Origin: Candidatus Zixiibacteriota bacterium
Lineage (GTDB): Bacteria; Zixibacteria; MSB-5A5; GN15; FEB-12
Assembly (NCBI GenBank): GCA_041742355.1
Contig: JBGSIV010000095.1
Coordinates: 1 to 28,496 of the forward strand
DNA length: 28,496 bases
Direction: 5' to 3'
Below the pieces are notes generated by a model that ran no database searches, was not told the origin of the DNA, and saw nothing but the letters and a program-made list of their open reading frames with translations. Made by a program: the position numbers and the translations under genes. Below are positions 16,750 to 25,205 of this stretch, piece by piece; positions within the stretch are counted from its first letter, which is position 1; every line of letters begins with the position of its first letter.

Positions 16750-18183
16750 TTAGAATGGCGTGTGGCCGCCGCTGACCGGTTCGACTCCCGGCGGAACCTC
16801 GCGGTGGTGGCGTTCGAGATTCTCAAAACGTGCAAATTCTTTCCGGAAGTGCAACTTCACCATCCCGGTGGGACCGTTACGCTGCTTAGCGACGATGATT
16901 TCGGCAAGGCCCGCGACTTCCTGAAACTTCGGATCATTCTGCTCCAGGTGGGTGAGGTAATGCTCGGGCCGGTAGATGAACATCACGAGATCGGCATCCT
17001 GCTCGATAGCGCCCGATTCGCGCAGATCCGAGAGCTGCGGGCGCTTCTCACCGCCGCGCTGTTCGACCATGCGCGAGAGCTGCGAGCAGGCGATAATCGG
17101 AATCTCCAGCTCTTTCGCCAGCGCTTTCAGGCCGCGAGAGATATTGGCCATCTCCTGCTGGCGGTTCTCATACCTACCAGAGCCGTGGACCATCTGCAGG
17201 TAGTCGACAATGATGAGTCCGAGATCCTGCTGGGCCCGGAGCCGTCGGGCCTTGGCGCGGATTTCCAGCGAGCTGATCGTCGGCGAGTCATCGATGAAGA
17301 TCGGCGACTCGGAGAGAATGCCGCCGACCGTGGCCAGCTTGCTCCACTCGTTGTCACGCAACTTGCCGGCCCGAAGCTTCTGCTGCGAGATCCCGGCCCG
17401 CCCGCAGAGCATACGCAGCGCCAGCTGCTCTTTGGACATTTCGATAGAGAATACGCCGACGGCCTTCTTCTGCTTGATCGCGATGTGTTCGGCCATGTTC
17501 ATGGCGAGCGCCGATTTTCCCATCGACGGCCGGCCGGCAACGATGATCAGATCCCCTTTATGCATGCCATTGGTCATGATGTCTAGATCGTCATAGCCGG
17601 TCGTGAGACCGGTCAGGCCGCTTTGATTGGACTGCAGGTTCTCGATGTCTTCAAAGGTCGACGGAATCAAATCGCGGATAGAGGTAAACCCCTTGCGGAG
17701 ACGGCTCTCGGAGAGGCGGAAAATAGTCGACTCGGCGAGGTCAAGCAGGTCATCGACCGGCTGTTCGAACGCATAACAGCTCTTGATGATCTCGTTGGAT
17801 GTGCCGATCAATCGCCGGAGGATCGAGCGCTCAAGCACAATCGTGGCGTGGGCGACGAGGTTCGCAGTCGAAGCCACGCCTTCGACCAGTTCAACCAGGT
17901 AGACCCGTCCGCCCGCGCGGGCGAGTTCGTCCTCGCGCAGGAGTTCGTTGGCAATCATCGTTATGTCGGTAGGTTCACCCCGTTCGTAGAGGGCGCGGGC
18001 GGCGCGGAAGATCGCCTGGTGCTTGGGAACATAGAAGTGCCCTTCGTCCTCGAGCACCTCGACTACCTGGTTCATCGCGTCGGAATCCTTCAGCACCGCG
18101 CCGAGCACCGCCTGCTCGGCATCGAGGGAGTGCGGCGGCTGCAGTTTGTCGACTCGCTTATCTTCCTGCGGACCGTAGGCCAT
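16750..18183 (-). CDS. dnaB: Replicative DNA helicase
   Basis: PPHSLDAEQAVLG, AGRPSMGKS, FSIEM, IVDYLQ, SQLSR, SDLRESGAIEQDAD and KQRNGPTG. Start placed at ATG 18183 (MAYGPQ), not 18501. Confidence 0.97.
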   Translation of the reverse strand: MAYGPQEDKRVDKLQPPHSLDAEQAVLGAVLKDSDAMNQVVEVLEDEGHFYVPKHQAIFRAARALYERGEPTDITMIANELLREDELARAGGRVYLVELVEGVASTANLVAHATIVLERSILRRLIGTSNEIIKSCYAFEQPVDDLLDLAESTIFRLSESRLRKGFTSIRDLIPSTFEDIENLQSNQSGLTGLTTGYDDLDIMTNGMHKGDLIIVAGRPSMGKSALAMNMAEHIAIKQKKAVGVFSIEMSKEQLALRMLCGRAGISQQKLRAGKLRDNEWSKLATVGGILSESPIFIDDSPTISSLEIRAKARRLRAQQDLGLIIVDYLQMVHGSGRYENRQQEMANISRGLKALAKELEIPIIACSQLSRMVEQRGGEKRPQLSDLRESGAIEQDADLVMFIYRPEHYLTHLEQNDPKFQEVAGLAEIIVAKQRNGPTGMVKLHFRKEFARFENLERHHREVPPGVEPVSGGHTPF

Positions 18184-18194
18184 GCCTTGATTCC

Positions 18195-19007
18195 TCACTT
18201 GCGCATTTCGTCCAGCTTCGCCATCACCAGTTGCATGTCTTCCCAAACGTCTTTCTTGTAAACCGGGAAGCGCAGGAGCGCCGCCGGGTGGTAGGTCACC
18301 AGCAGCGGGATACCTTCGTATTCGTGCCAGACCCGGCGCAGTTTGCCGAGCGGCGTCTTTGTGTTCAGCAGCGCCTGTCCCGCAATGCGCCCAAGCGCGC
18401 AGAGCACTTTCGGCCGGATAATCCGGATCTGCTCCTGCAGGTGCGGCAGGCATTCGTCTATCTCCTCCGGGAGCGGATCGCGGTTGTTCGGCGGCCGGCA
18501 CTTGAGCACGTTCGCGATGTACACATCGCTCCGCGACAGGTGCATCGCTCCGATAATCTTATCGAGCAACTGCCCGGCCGCACCGACAAAGGGCTCCCCC
18601 TTGAGATCTTCATCGCGCCCCGGCGCCTCGCCGACAAACATCAGCTCCGCTTTCGGATTCCCCACACCATAGACGAACTTGGTGCGCGAGTCGGCAAGCG
18701 GACACTTGCGGCAGTCGCAGATTGCGGCGCGATGCTCCTCCAGCGAGGAGTACTTCGGCGCCGGTGTCTCATGCTTCGAATCCGCGAACAGGCGCGCCGG
18801 TTGCTCCGGCGCAGGCTGCCTTGTCTCGCGGGGAATCGGCGTTTCCCCGGCGCGCGAGATCAAAGTCGCCGGATCCGGCAGAGACGGCATCACCGCGGCC
18901 GGGCGCACGTTCGCTCGGTTGACGATCATCTCCCCCATCCCCAGGTCGACCTGGGAACGGATCGCGGCGCGCAGGAGGTCATGCAGTGTATTCGGTTTAT
19001 CTCTCAT
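18195..19007 (-). CDS. udg: Family 4 uracil-DNA glycosylase (4Fe-4S) with Pro-rich N-terminal linker
   Basis: CRKC, FVGEAPG, PFVGAAG, NVLKCRPPNNRDP, EC and TYHPAALL. Confidence 0.93.
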   Translation of the reverse strand: MRDKPNTLHDLLRAAIRSQVDLGMGEMIVNRANVRPAAVMPSLPDPATLISRAGETPIPRETRQPAPEQPARLFADSKHETPAPKYSSLEEHRAAICDCRKCPLADSRTKFVYGVGNPKAELMFVGEAPGRDEDLKGEPFVGAAGQLLDKIIGAMHLSRSDVYIANVLKCRPPNNRDPLPEEIDECLPHLQEQIRIIRPKVLCALGRIAGQALLNTKTPLGKLRRVWHEYEGIPLLVTYHPAALLRFPVYKKDVWEDMQLVMAKLDEMRK

Positions 19008-19085
19008 ATGGCAGTCCTGAGAGTGTCAAGGTACGACAAGGACCAAAGACAATCAAGTAACACCACTATAATTGTTCGGATCGAC

Positions 19086-19113
19086 AAGATAGAGCGTCGC
19101 CGGGCGATCTCAA
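19086..19113 (-). promoter_or_regulatory. Putative sigma70 promoter for the udg-dnaB operon
   Basis: TTGAGA-16 nt-TATCTT. A further TATAGT lies downstream in the same AT-rich spacer. Confidence 0.4.
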
Positions 19114-19139
19114 CAAAAAGATGCGGAGAGAAGGCGAAA

Positions 19140-19175
19140 GATGCGCACCCGACGAACTTCTGTCGGTTCGGCATC
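19140..19175 (-). terminator. Possible terminator hairpin after coaB
   Basis: Interrupted stem GATGC..CCGAC-loop-GTCGG..GCATC followed by TTT on the minus strand. Confidence 0.35.
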
Positions 19176-19239
19176 CGGCGATTAGCCAACCGCAGTGCGT
19201 CGGAGTCAGGGCGAGAAGATTCTGAAAGCGGGGTGGTGA

Positions 19240-19902
19240 TCACCGGTGACGGTCTGCGAAGGACTCTGCCACCAGTGCCATTAGCCGGAACGCGACATCT
19301 TGTTTGGACAGCAGGGGCCACTCTTCGGGGGAACCGCCCTGACGGACAATCGTCACACGGTTCGTTTCAGTGGAGAATCCGGAATCAGCGCCAGGGATGT
19401 TGAGCACGATGAGGTCGAGGTGCTTCTCTCGGAGCTTGCGCTGGGCGTTGGCGACAGCGTCATCTGTTTCAAGCGCGAAGCCCACGACCACCTGGTCTCG
19501 GCGTTTGCCCGGTGCGAGATCTCTGAGGATATCAACCGTCGGTTCCAAAACCAATTGCAAGCCTTCGGACCGCTTGAGCTTGCGATCGGCAACCCGGGCC
19601 GGACGGTAATCCGAAGGCGCGGCGGCCATAATCAGGCAGTCGCAGGATTCGAACCGTTCCTTGACCGCAGTATGCAATTCGGCGGTAGTTTCGATTGGTA
19701 TCACCGTCACTCCATCGGGAGGGGTGAGCGCGGTTGGTCCGCTAATAAGGGTCGTCTCAGCTCCAAGGCAGGCGGCGGCGGCGGCAAGAGCATATCCCAT
19801 TTTGCCGGAGGAGTGATTGGTGATGTAGCGGACAGGATCGATCGGCTCGCGGGTAGGGCCGGCGGTGATGACTATCTTACGGCCGTTCAGCTCTTTTTTT
19901 TT
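19240..19902 (-). CDS. coaB: CoaB (phosphopantothenate-cysteine ligase) half of coaBC, in the -1 frame relative to the CoaC half
   Basis: The frame reads KKKELNGRKIVITAGPTREPIDPVRYITNHSSGKMGYA...AAAPSDYRP...VGFALET. Conserved sequence begins well upstream of the first ATG (19800), so there is no canonical start. Confidence 0.88.
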   Translation of the reverse strand, partial: KKKELNGRKIVITAGPTREPIDPVRYITNHSSGKMGYALAAAAACLGAETTLISGPTALTPPDGVTVIPIETTAELHTAVKERFESCDCLIMAAAPSDYRPARVADRKLKRSEGLQLVLEPTVDILRDLAPGKRRDQVVVGFALETDDAVANAQRKLREKHLDLIVLNIPGADSGFSTETNRVTIVRQGGSPEEWPLLSKQDVAFRLMALVAESFADRHR

Positions 19903-20468
19903 TCAGCCGTCTTATTGGCCGGATGATCGAAGAAGCGTTCGACCGCGTCGAAAATCGCCTGCGGCTCGGCCATTCGACCGACCCCGTAATCCTCGCACGC
20001 CATCTCCCCTTCGGTCGGATCAACTACGCGGAACCCCAATCCGAGGAGCGTCTTGTAGTTGCGCTGCGTGATCGGGTTGCGCCACATCTGGGGATTCATC
20101 GCAGGGGCAATCATCACCGGCTTGGCGGTCGCACAAATAATAGTCGTAAGGAGATCGTCGGATATCCCTGAGGCCACCTTGCCGATGAAGTTCGCTGTGG
20201 TCGGGGCGATCACCAGCAGGTCCGGCCACTGGGCGAAATCAATGTGGCGCGTGGAGATGTACCGTTCCTGAGAAAACATCTCGACCGCGACCTCGCGGTT
20301 GGAGACGGTTTCCATGGTCAGCGGGGTGATAAACTGGGTAGCCGACCTCGTCATGACCACCTGCACTTCCGCCCCCGCCTTGCGTAACGCCCGCACGAGA
20401 TACGGAACCTTGTAACAGGCGATGCCGCCGGTCAAACCGACGAGGATATGCTTGTCTTTGAGAGGCAT
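19887..20468 (-). CDS. coaC: CoaC (phosphopantothenoylcysteine decarboxylase flavoprotein) half of coaBC
   Basis: GLTGGIACYK, HI, APTTANFIGK, APAMNPQMW and EMACEDYGVGRM. Ends GAA AAA AAA AAG AGC TGA in the interdomain linker. Confidence 0.92.
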   Translation of the reverse strand: MPLKDKHILVGLTGGIACYKVPYLVRALRKAGAEVQVVMTRSATQFITPLTMETVSNREVAVEMFSQERYISTRHIDFAQWPDLLVIAPTTANFIGKVASGISDDLLTTIICATAKPVMIAPAMNPQMWRNPITQRNYKTLLGLGFRVVDPTEGEMACEDYGVGRMAEPQAIFDAVERFFDHPANKTAEKKKS

Positions 20469-20471
20469 GTG

Positions 20472-20945
20472 CTAGTTGATGTGGAGCGAACGATCAAGCG
20501 GGCCGCCGCCGAGCTCGATATCGTCGATCTCGTCGAAATCAGCCAGCACGACCGATGACGCGATCAGCTTGACCTGATCCAGCGACACCGACTTCGTGCC
20601 GAACACCGCCACTCGCTCCATGATCCCCTCGAGTTGCTCGTGGTCGATCAGCGAAAGATTCACCAGCTTCAGAAGGAACCCCTGGGCTTCGCCGGACAGC
20701 TGGAACCGCTCGATAGGAGTCAGAACGCGCGTCGATGCATTCATGATCGGGATTTCGGAGAAATACTGCTCGGGAGCATTGTCAAACCGCTGCAGCAGCC
20801 AGGAATACGCCGACGAAATCTCATCCTGAGAGTAACCTTCGGCCTCAAGAACCGTCGAAAGATCTTCCGATCCGGCAAGATTCCCCTTGTTACCCTGCAT
20901 AAAATCGATGAGAAAAACGACTATTTCGAGTATCCTGTTACGCAT
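20472..20945 (-). CDS. smg: Smg/DUF494 family protein
   Basis: RILEIVVFL, L..EGY...EI..A..WL, RVL...E...L..EAQGFL..L and E.IMER. Start at ATG 20945. Confidence 0.8.
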   Translation of the reverse strand: MRNRILEIVVFLIDFMQGNKGNLAGSEDLSTVLEAEGYSQDEISSAYSWLLQRFDNAPEQYFSEIPIMNASTRVLTPIERFQLSGEAQGFLLKLVNLSLIDHEQLEGIMERVAVFGTKSVSLDQVKLIASSVVLADFDEIDDIELGGGPLDRSLHIN

Positions 20946-20982
20946 CGCGGCTACATTCCCATCACTGAAGTATTCTGCGCTG

Positions 20983-21011
20983 AAGATACAGCCCTCAACG
21001 GATATTTGCAA
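20983..21011 (-). promoter_or_regulatory. Putative sigma70 promoter for smg-coaBC
   Basis: TTGCAA-17 nt-TATCTT. Confidence 0.5.
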
Positions 21012-21112
21012 AGACTATTTCCCCGAAACCCCGTCGACCGCGGCAGAATCGGGATATGCTTTTGTCTGGCAAACTGTTGCAGAATCTCACAATTAGTGCG
21101 CTCAGAAACGTG

Positions 21113-21146
21113 CCCCAGCGCCAGCCAAAAGGCGCCGGCGCTGGGG
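21113..21146 (-). terminator. Hairpin downstream of the YceI gene (possible terminator)
   Basis: Perfect 10-bp stem CCCCAGCGCC/GGCGCTGGGG, with a weak U-tract. Confidence 0.4.
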
Positions 21147-21191
21147 AATCCGGCCAGGTCGCGGGCAAAGCTGCACCCTGTCGAGGCAGCG

Positions 21192-21827
21192 TCAGTTCAA
21201 GCGCGGCCAGTCCGGCAATGAGACATCCGCTCCGGGTTTCCCGGTATAGCCGGTGAAAACGACGTCAAGCTTGATCGTCTCGGCGACTTTGAGAAACAAG
21301 GCCTTGGGGCGCTCGATGTTAAAATCCTCAAGGTTGAGGGAAAACCGAGCGCGGATGCGTAGTCCCTCTCCTCCGTCCGCCTCCCCGAGCCGGGTCACTT
21401 CCAGGTCGGCCGTGATCTGACGGTAACCGCCGTGGATGTAGAAATTCCCCGAAGCCGTTGCAGCCACCGTTTTCCCCAGCTCAAGCTGGGCCGGAAGACC
21501 ATTGACCCGGGTCAACTCAAAGTAGGCGTAAGGATAGTCGTCTGTGTGCAGGTGGTTTTCACGAAGGTGGCGGTTGCGCAGACCGATACCGGTCTCGATA
21601 TTCCGCAGATCGACCTGCAGGCGTCCGGACACGCCGGCGGCGGTGTTTTCCGGATCAACCGAAAACCTTCCCGATATCTCGTCGGTTCGCCCCTCGATGA
21701 ACTCGAGTTTCGCCGCCGACTCGAAACGCACCGTGTCGGTTTGTCGGGCAGGATCGAGTCCGTAATCGCCGGCCAGAACAGGCACAGCCAGCGCCACGAA
21801 GATTGTGGTCAGCATGATTCGGCTCAT
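21192..21827 (-). CDS. YceI-family periplasmic lipid/polyisoprenoid-binding protein
   Basis: Signal peptide, V.F.S...LEFIEG, VDL..IETGIGLRNRHL...L.TD.YP.A.F, G.F.IHG and L.DFNI..P. Confidence 0.88.
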   Translation of the reverse strand: MSRIMLTTIFVALAVPVLAGDYGLDPARQTDTVRFESAAKLEFIEGRTDEISGRFSVDPENTAAGVSGRLQVDLRNIETGIGLRNRHLRENHLHTDDYPYAYFELTRVNGLPAQLELGKTVAATASGNFYIHGGYRQITADLEVTRLGEADGGEGLRIRARFSLNLEDFNIERPKALFLKVAETIKLDVVFTGYTGKPGADVSLPDWPRLN

Positions 21828-21836
21828 ATCAATCTC

Positions 21837-22250
21837 CTAATTGTCCAGCGCTCCCTGATCAATCCACCGTTTGATCAACTGCTGCTCGGAGGTGGACAAA
21901 GGTGTCTGACCCAGCGGCATGCGCTGGCCAAACGGCGGCGACGAAGTAGTTTTGAGGTACAAGTTGCTTCCGGCACCGTTGCCCGGGTCGACTGTAGCGC
22001 CAATTCCGGCCTGGTGAGTGGTAATCGCGTCGTAGCCGGCCATGTGAAAGCCGCTGGCGGCCGACGCGCCGTGGCAGGTATTCGACGACGTATTACAGCG
22101 CGCCTGAATGAGGCTAAATACCTCGGAGAAATTGGCCAACGTGTCGGGGGAGCCGGTGTCGGGCGAAGTGGGCGAATCTCCTCCGTCAGAACAGCCGATC
22201 GCCAGCGCCAGTATCAGAGCGGGGATGCTTCCCCAGAGTAGCCGTTGCAT
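21837..22250 (-). CDS. Monoheme cytochrome c-like lipoprotein (planctomycete cytochrome c-like domain)
   Basis: Lipobox LAIG-C, motif CNTSSNTCH, V.PG....S.LY, RMP (candidate Met ligand) and terminal WIDQGA. AGGAGG SD. Confidence 0.75.
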   Translation of the reverse strand: MQRLLWGSIPALILALAIGCSDGGDSPTSPDTGSPDTLANFSEVFSLIQARCNTSSNTCHGASAASGFHMAGYDAITTHQAGIGATVDPGNGAGSNLYLKTTSSPPFGQRMPLGQTPLSTSEQQLIKRWIDQGALDN

Positions 22251-22306
22251 TCGGGCCTCCTTGTAGGGCGTATTGATGCGGCGGCAGGGGCCGTCAGTTA
22301 TTCTTC

Positions 22307-23392
22307 TCAGTAGCCTAAATGAAGCTGGAGATAGAAGTCATCCTCTCCATCGAGCGGTCCGCGAGTGTACCAGGTGTACGCTGGCCGCAGTTCGACATAC
22401 GGCAGCGGGAAGACCTGCAGCGACAGCCGCACGAACTCATCGACCCCAGCGGCGATATCCCGGTCGCCATCGTAGAAATTGTATTCGGTAAGGAAGTACA
22501 GGCCGTGCTCGATTCGGGCGGTGAACCCGGCGCAGAAAGCGAGTTGATCGGGGCTCCGTCCGGCCAGATCCAATTCACCGAGGAGCGAAAACCGATCATA
22601 CGACAATCCGCCGAAGACAGCCCGGTTATCGGGCGGCGGACCAGCCGGATCGTGCGAGTGGTCGGTCTCATCCGAAGGTTCATCGTCCGAGTCGCCGCCT
22701 TTCTCCGAAAAGCGCCCGGAGAAGCCCGCCATCCAGCCGAGGTTGAGTTGCGGAATGAACCCCGGACGGTAGGCGTGCACGACAATCATCCCCCGGTCCT
22801 CCGGGTTGAACAGCTCCACCGCGGCGTAACCATCGCCGATCTTCGCACCCAGAGCCAGGCCATCGTAGTACAGATGGGGCTGATCCCCCGTGCGGGAGCG
22901 GACGTAGGCCGTGTGGTCTTCAAGCTTCAGGCCGTGCGACAGCTCGAACCGGCCGACCTTGATGTAGTGTCGCTGCTCATCGAAATACAGCAGGCCGAAA
23001 TTCTCGGTTATCCCCTGTTCGTCGGATAACCGCAACTGGTAGTAGAAATCTCTGAAGGGTTCAATCGCCGCGTAGGCATCGGTCTGCATGCGAAAGACTT
23101 CGCCATCATCAAAGACGAGGTAGCGCAGGTCAAATCCGACCGTGACGCTCTCCCCCAGCCGCGGCGGCTTGAAACGATCCTCCACCAGCTTCTTCATCGG
23201 CGGCAGGACCAGTTCCTGAAAGGCCACCGCGTGGTTGCCGAACTCGTTGCGCATCCCGCCGCCGGAGGGGTTGATGTGGCAGGTCTGGCAGGGCGTGCTG
23301 TTCTGGAGGCTGAATCGCGGCAGGGCGTAAACGCTCGCGGCAATGAGACCAACGGCGCAACCAACGGGTAACATATGGCAGGCGAGACGCAT
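22307..23392 (-). CDS. Outer-membrane porin-like beta-barrel with N-terminal CxxCH heme motif
   Basis: Signal peptide, then ALPRFS...CQTCHINPSGGG.RN.FG, amphipathic beta-strands and a C-terminal aromatic strand YLQLHLGY. GAGGAG SD. Confidence 0.78.
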   Translation of the reverse strand: MRLACHMLPVGCAVGLIAASVYALPRFSLQNSTPCQTCHINPSGGGMRNEFGNHAVAFQELVLPPMKKLVEDRFKPPRLGESVTVGFDLRYLVFDDGEVFRMQTDAYAAIEPFRDFYYQLRLSDEQGITENFGLLYFDEQRHYIKVGRFELSHGLKLEDHTAYVRSRTGDQPHLYYDGLALGAKIGDGYAAVELFNPEDRGMIVVHAYRPGFIPQLNLGWMAGFSGRFSEKGGDSDDEPSDETDHSHDPAGPPPDNRAVFGGLSYDRFSLLGELDLAGRSPDQLAFCAGFTARIEHGLYFLTEYNFYDGDRDIAAGVDEFVRLSLQVFPLPYVELRPAYTWYTRGPLDGEDDFYLQLHLGY

Positions 23393-23532
23393 GACGGCTC
23401 CTCTGATTTCGGGTGGCAGTGGCGGTTGCGGACCGGCGCGCGACTGGTAGTCGAGTCGCCGATACAGAGGCCCTTCGGGAGGAAGTCGTACAGCCGGAGC
23501 AATGATTATTAGGGACTATTATGGTCCAGAAC

Positions 23533-23561
23533 AAAAGAAGGGCCGGGAGTCTTCCCGGCCC
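23533..23561 (-). terminator. Intrinsic terminator of the pur operon
   Basis: Minus strand GGGCCGGGA-AGAC-TCCCGGCCC-TTCTTTT, about 25 nt after the purH stop. Confidence 0.85.
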
Positions 23562-23585
23562 GAACTGGCAGAATTGGCCATACGG

Positions 23586-25157
23586 TCAGTGCTTGAAGTG
23601 ACGGTTGCCGGTGAACACCATGGCAGCGCCGGCCTTGTCGGCCGCAGCGATCGCCTCTTCATCCCCTTTCGAGCCACCCGGTTGGATAATCGCGGTCACG
23701 CCGGCATTGGTGCCAACCTCAACGCCGTCGGGCATCGGGAAAAACGCATCGGAAGCCATCACCGAGCCTCTGGCGCGATCCCCGGCCCGCTTGACCGCCA
23801 TGAAGCCGGAATCGACCCGCGAGGTCTGCCCCATGCCGATACCGACTGTCGCGGTCCCTTTGGCGAGCACGATCGCGTTTGACTTGGTGTGTTTGACCAC
23901 TTTCCAGGCGAACAGGAGAGACTTGATTTCATCGGGTGTCGGAGCACGTCTGGTCACCACTTGCAACGTACCCGGATCGGCTTCGACATCATCGGTGTCC
24001 TGCCGCAGCAGCCCGCCACGTAGAACCTTGCTCATGAGGCCGCCCTTCGGCCAGCCCTGGGCAATCGACGGCAGGGCAAGCAGACGGCGTGTTTTCTTCT
24101 TCACCAGCAGCTTGAGGGCGTCGTCATCAAACGACGGCGCGATCATGCACTCGACAAAGGGCGTCTCGTGCAGAAGTTCGGCACAGGCCATGTCAACGGG
24201 GCGGTTCAATCCGATGATCGAACCGAAAGCCGAGAGCGGATCGCTCTCGTATGCCGCCTTGTAGGCCTCTGAGATCGTCTTGCCAGTGGCGGCCCCGCAG
24301 GGATTGGCGTGCTTGAGAACACAGGCGAACGGCTCCGTGAAATCCAGAATCATGTCCAGACACGCGTCGAGGTCGCCGTAGTTGTTGTAGGAAAGCTCTT
24401 TGCCGGCAAGGATCTGTGCCTCGAGCAGGGTTGGCCCGGAGTAACCGTCTTCCGAGTATAGCGCCGCCTGCTGGTGCGGATTCTCACCGTAACGCAGGCC
24501 ACTCCGGTAAGTGTATTTCGGCGTATAGATTTGCGGGAAACGATCGCTGCCGGCCTCGGCGCCGCCCTGGAAGTACTTCGCAATCGCCGTGTCGTACTTC
24601 GACGTCAAAGCGAATGCTTTGGCAACGCAGCGGCGACGGAAGGCAAACGTCGTGGCACCATCGTTGGCTTTCATCTCGGCGATCAGTTCTGCGTAGTCGG
24701 CCGGGTCGGTCACGACCGTCACCGCATCGTGATTCTTTGCCGCCGACCGGACCATTGACGGCCCGCCGATATCTATGTTCTCGATCACCTCTTCATCGGC
24801 GACGCCGGGCTTGGCCACCGTCTGCTCAAACGGGTACAGGTTCACGATAACCAGGTCGATCATCTTGAATTCCTGCTGGGTCATGGTCTCCATGTCGCCC
24901 TCGTTGTCGCGCCGGGCCAGCAGTGCGGCATGGATGCGCGGATGGAGGGTTTTGACCCGGCCGCCGAGAATCTCGGGCGAGCCGGTGAAAGCCGACACCG
25001 AGACGGCATGGACGCCCGCCTTCTTGAGAGCCTGCAGCGTGCCGCCGGTCGAGAGGATCTCGACGCCGAGTTCCTCAAGGTCGCGGGCGAGCTGATCGAT
25101 TCCGGTCTTGTCCGAGACCGAAATCAGGGCGCGTTTGATCTTGACCGTACTTTCCAT
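23586..25157 (-). CDS. purH: Bifunctional AICAR transformylase/IMP cyclohydrolase
   Basis: RALISVSDKTG, STGGT, GRVKTLHP, ENIDIGGP, LRYGENPHQ, KHANPCG, KSNAI, ASDAFFP, IQPGGS and RHFKH. Confidence 0.98.
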   Translation of the reverse strand: MESTVKIKRALISVSDKTGIDQLARDLEELGVEILSTGGTLQALKKAGVHAVSVSAFTGSPEILGGRVKTLHPRIHAALLARRDNEGDMETMTQQEFKMIDLVIVNLYPFEQTVAKPGVADEEVIENIDIGGPSMVRSAAKNHDAVTVVTDPADYAELIAEMKANDGATTFAFRRRCVAKAFALTSKYDTAIAKYFQGGAEAGSDRFPQIYTPKYTYRSGLRYGENPHQQAALYSEDGYSGPTLLEAQILAGKELSYNNYGDLDACLDMILDFTEPFACVLKHANPCGAATGKTISEAYKAAYESDPLSAFGSIIGLNRPVDMACAELLHETPFVECMIAPSFDDDALKLLVKKKTRRLLALPSIAQGWPKGGLMSKVLRGGLLRQDTDDVEADPGTLQVVTRRAPTPDEIKSLLFAWKVVKHTKSNAIVLAKGTATVGIGMGQTSRVDSGFMAVKRAGDRARGSVMASDAFFPMPDGVEVGTNAGVTAIIQPGGSKGDEEAIAAADKAGAAMVFTGNRHFKH

Positions 25158-25205
25158 TGTCTTTCATTCCCCTGATGCGGTTACAAATCTATCTTCACAA
25201 GACCG

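Noticed and set aside
18184..18501. N-terminal extension of DnaB in the ORF track (apparent overlap or fusion with UDG)
   Set aside because: It overlaps the udg 3' end in another frame and looks non-coding. DnaB homology and an SD begin at ATG 18183.
19004..19321. 105-aa minus-strand ORF between coaB and udg
   Set aside because: It overlaps coaB out of frame and crosses terminator- and promoter-like AT-rich sequence, with no protein-like features.
22263..22285. GTAGGGCGTATTGATGCG as another REP
   Set aside because: The palindrome is too short and imperfect, and it abuts the SD region of the lipoprotein gene.
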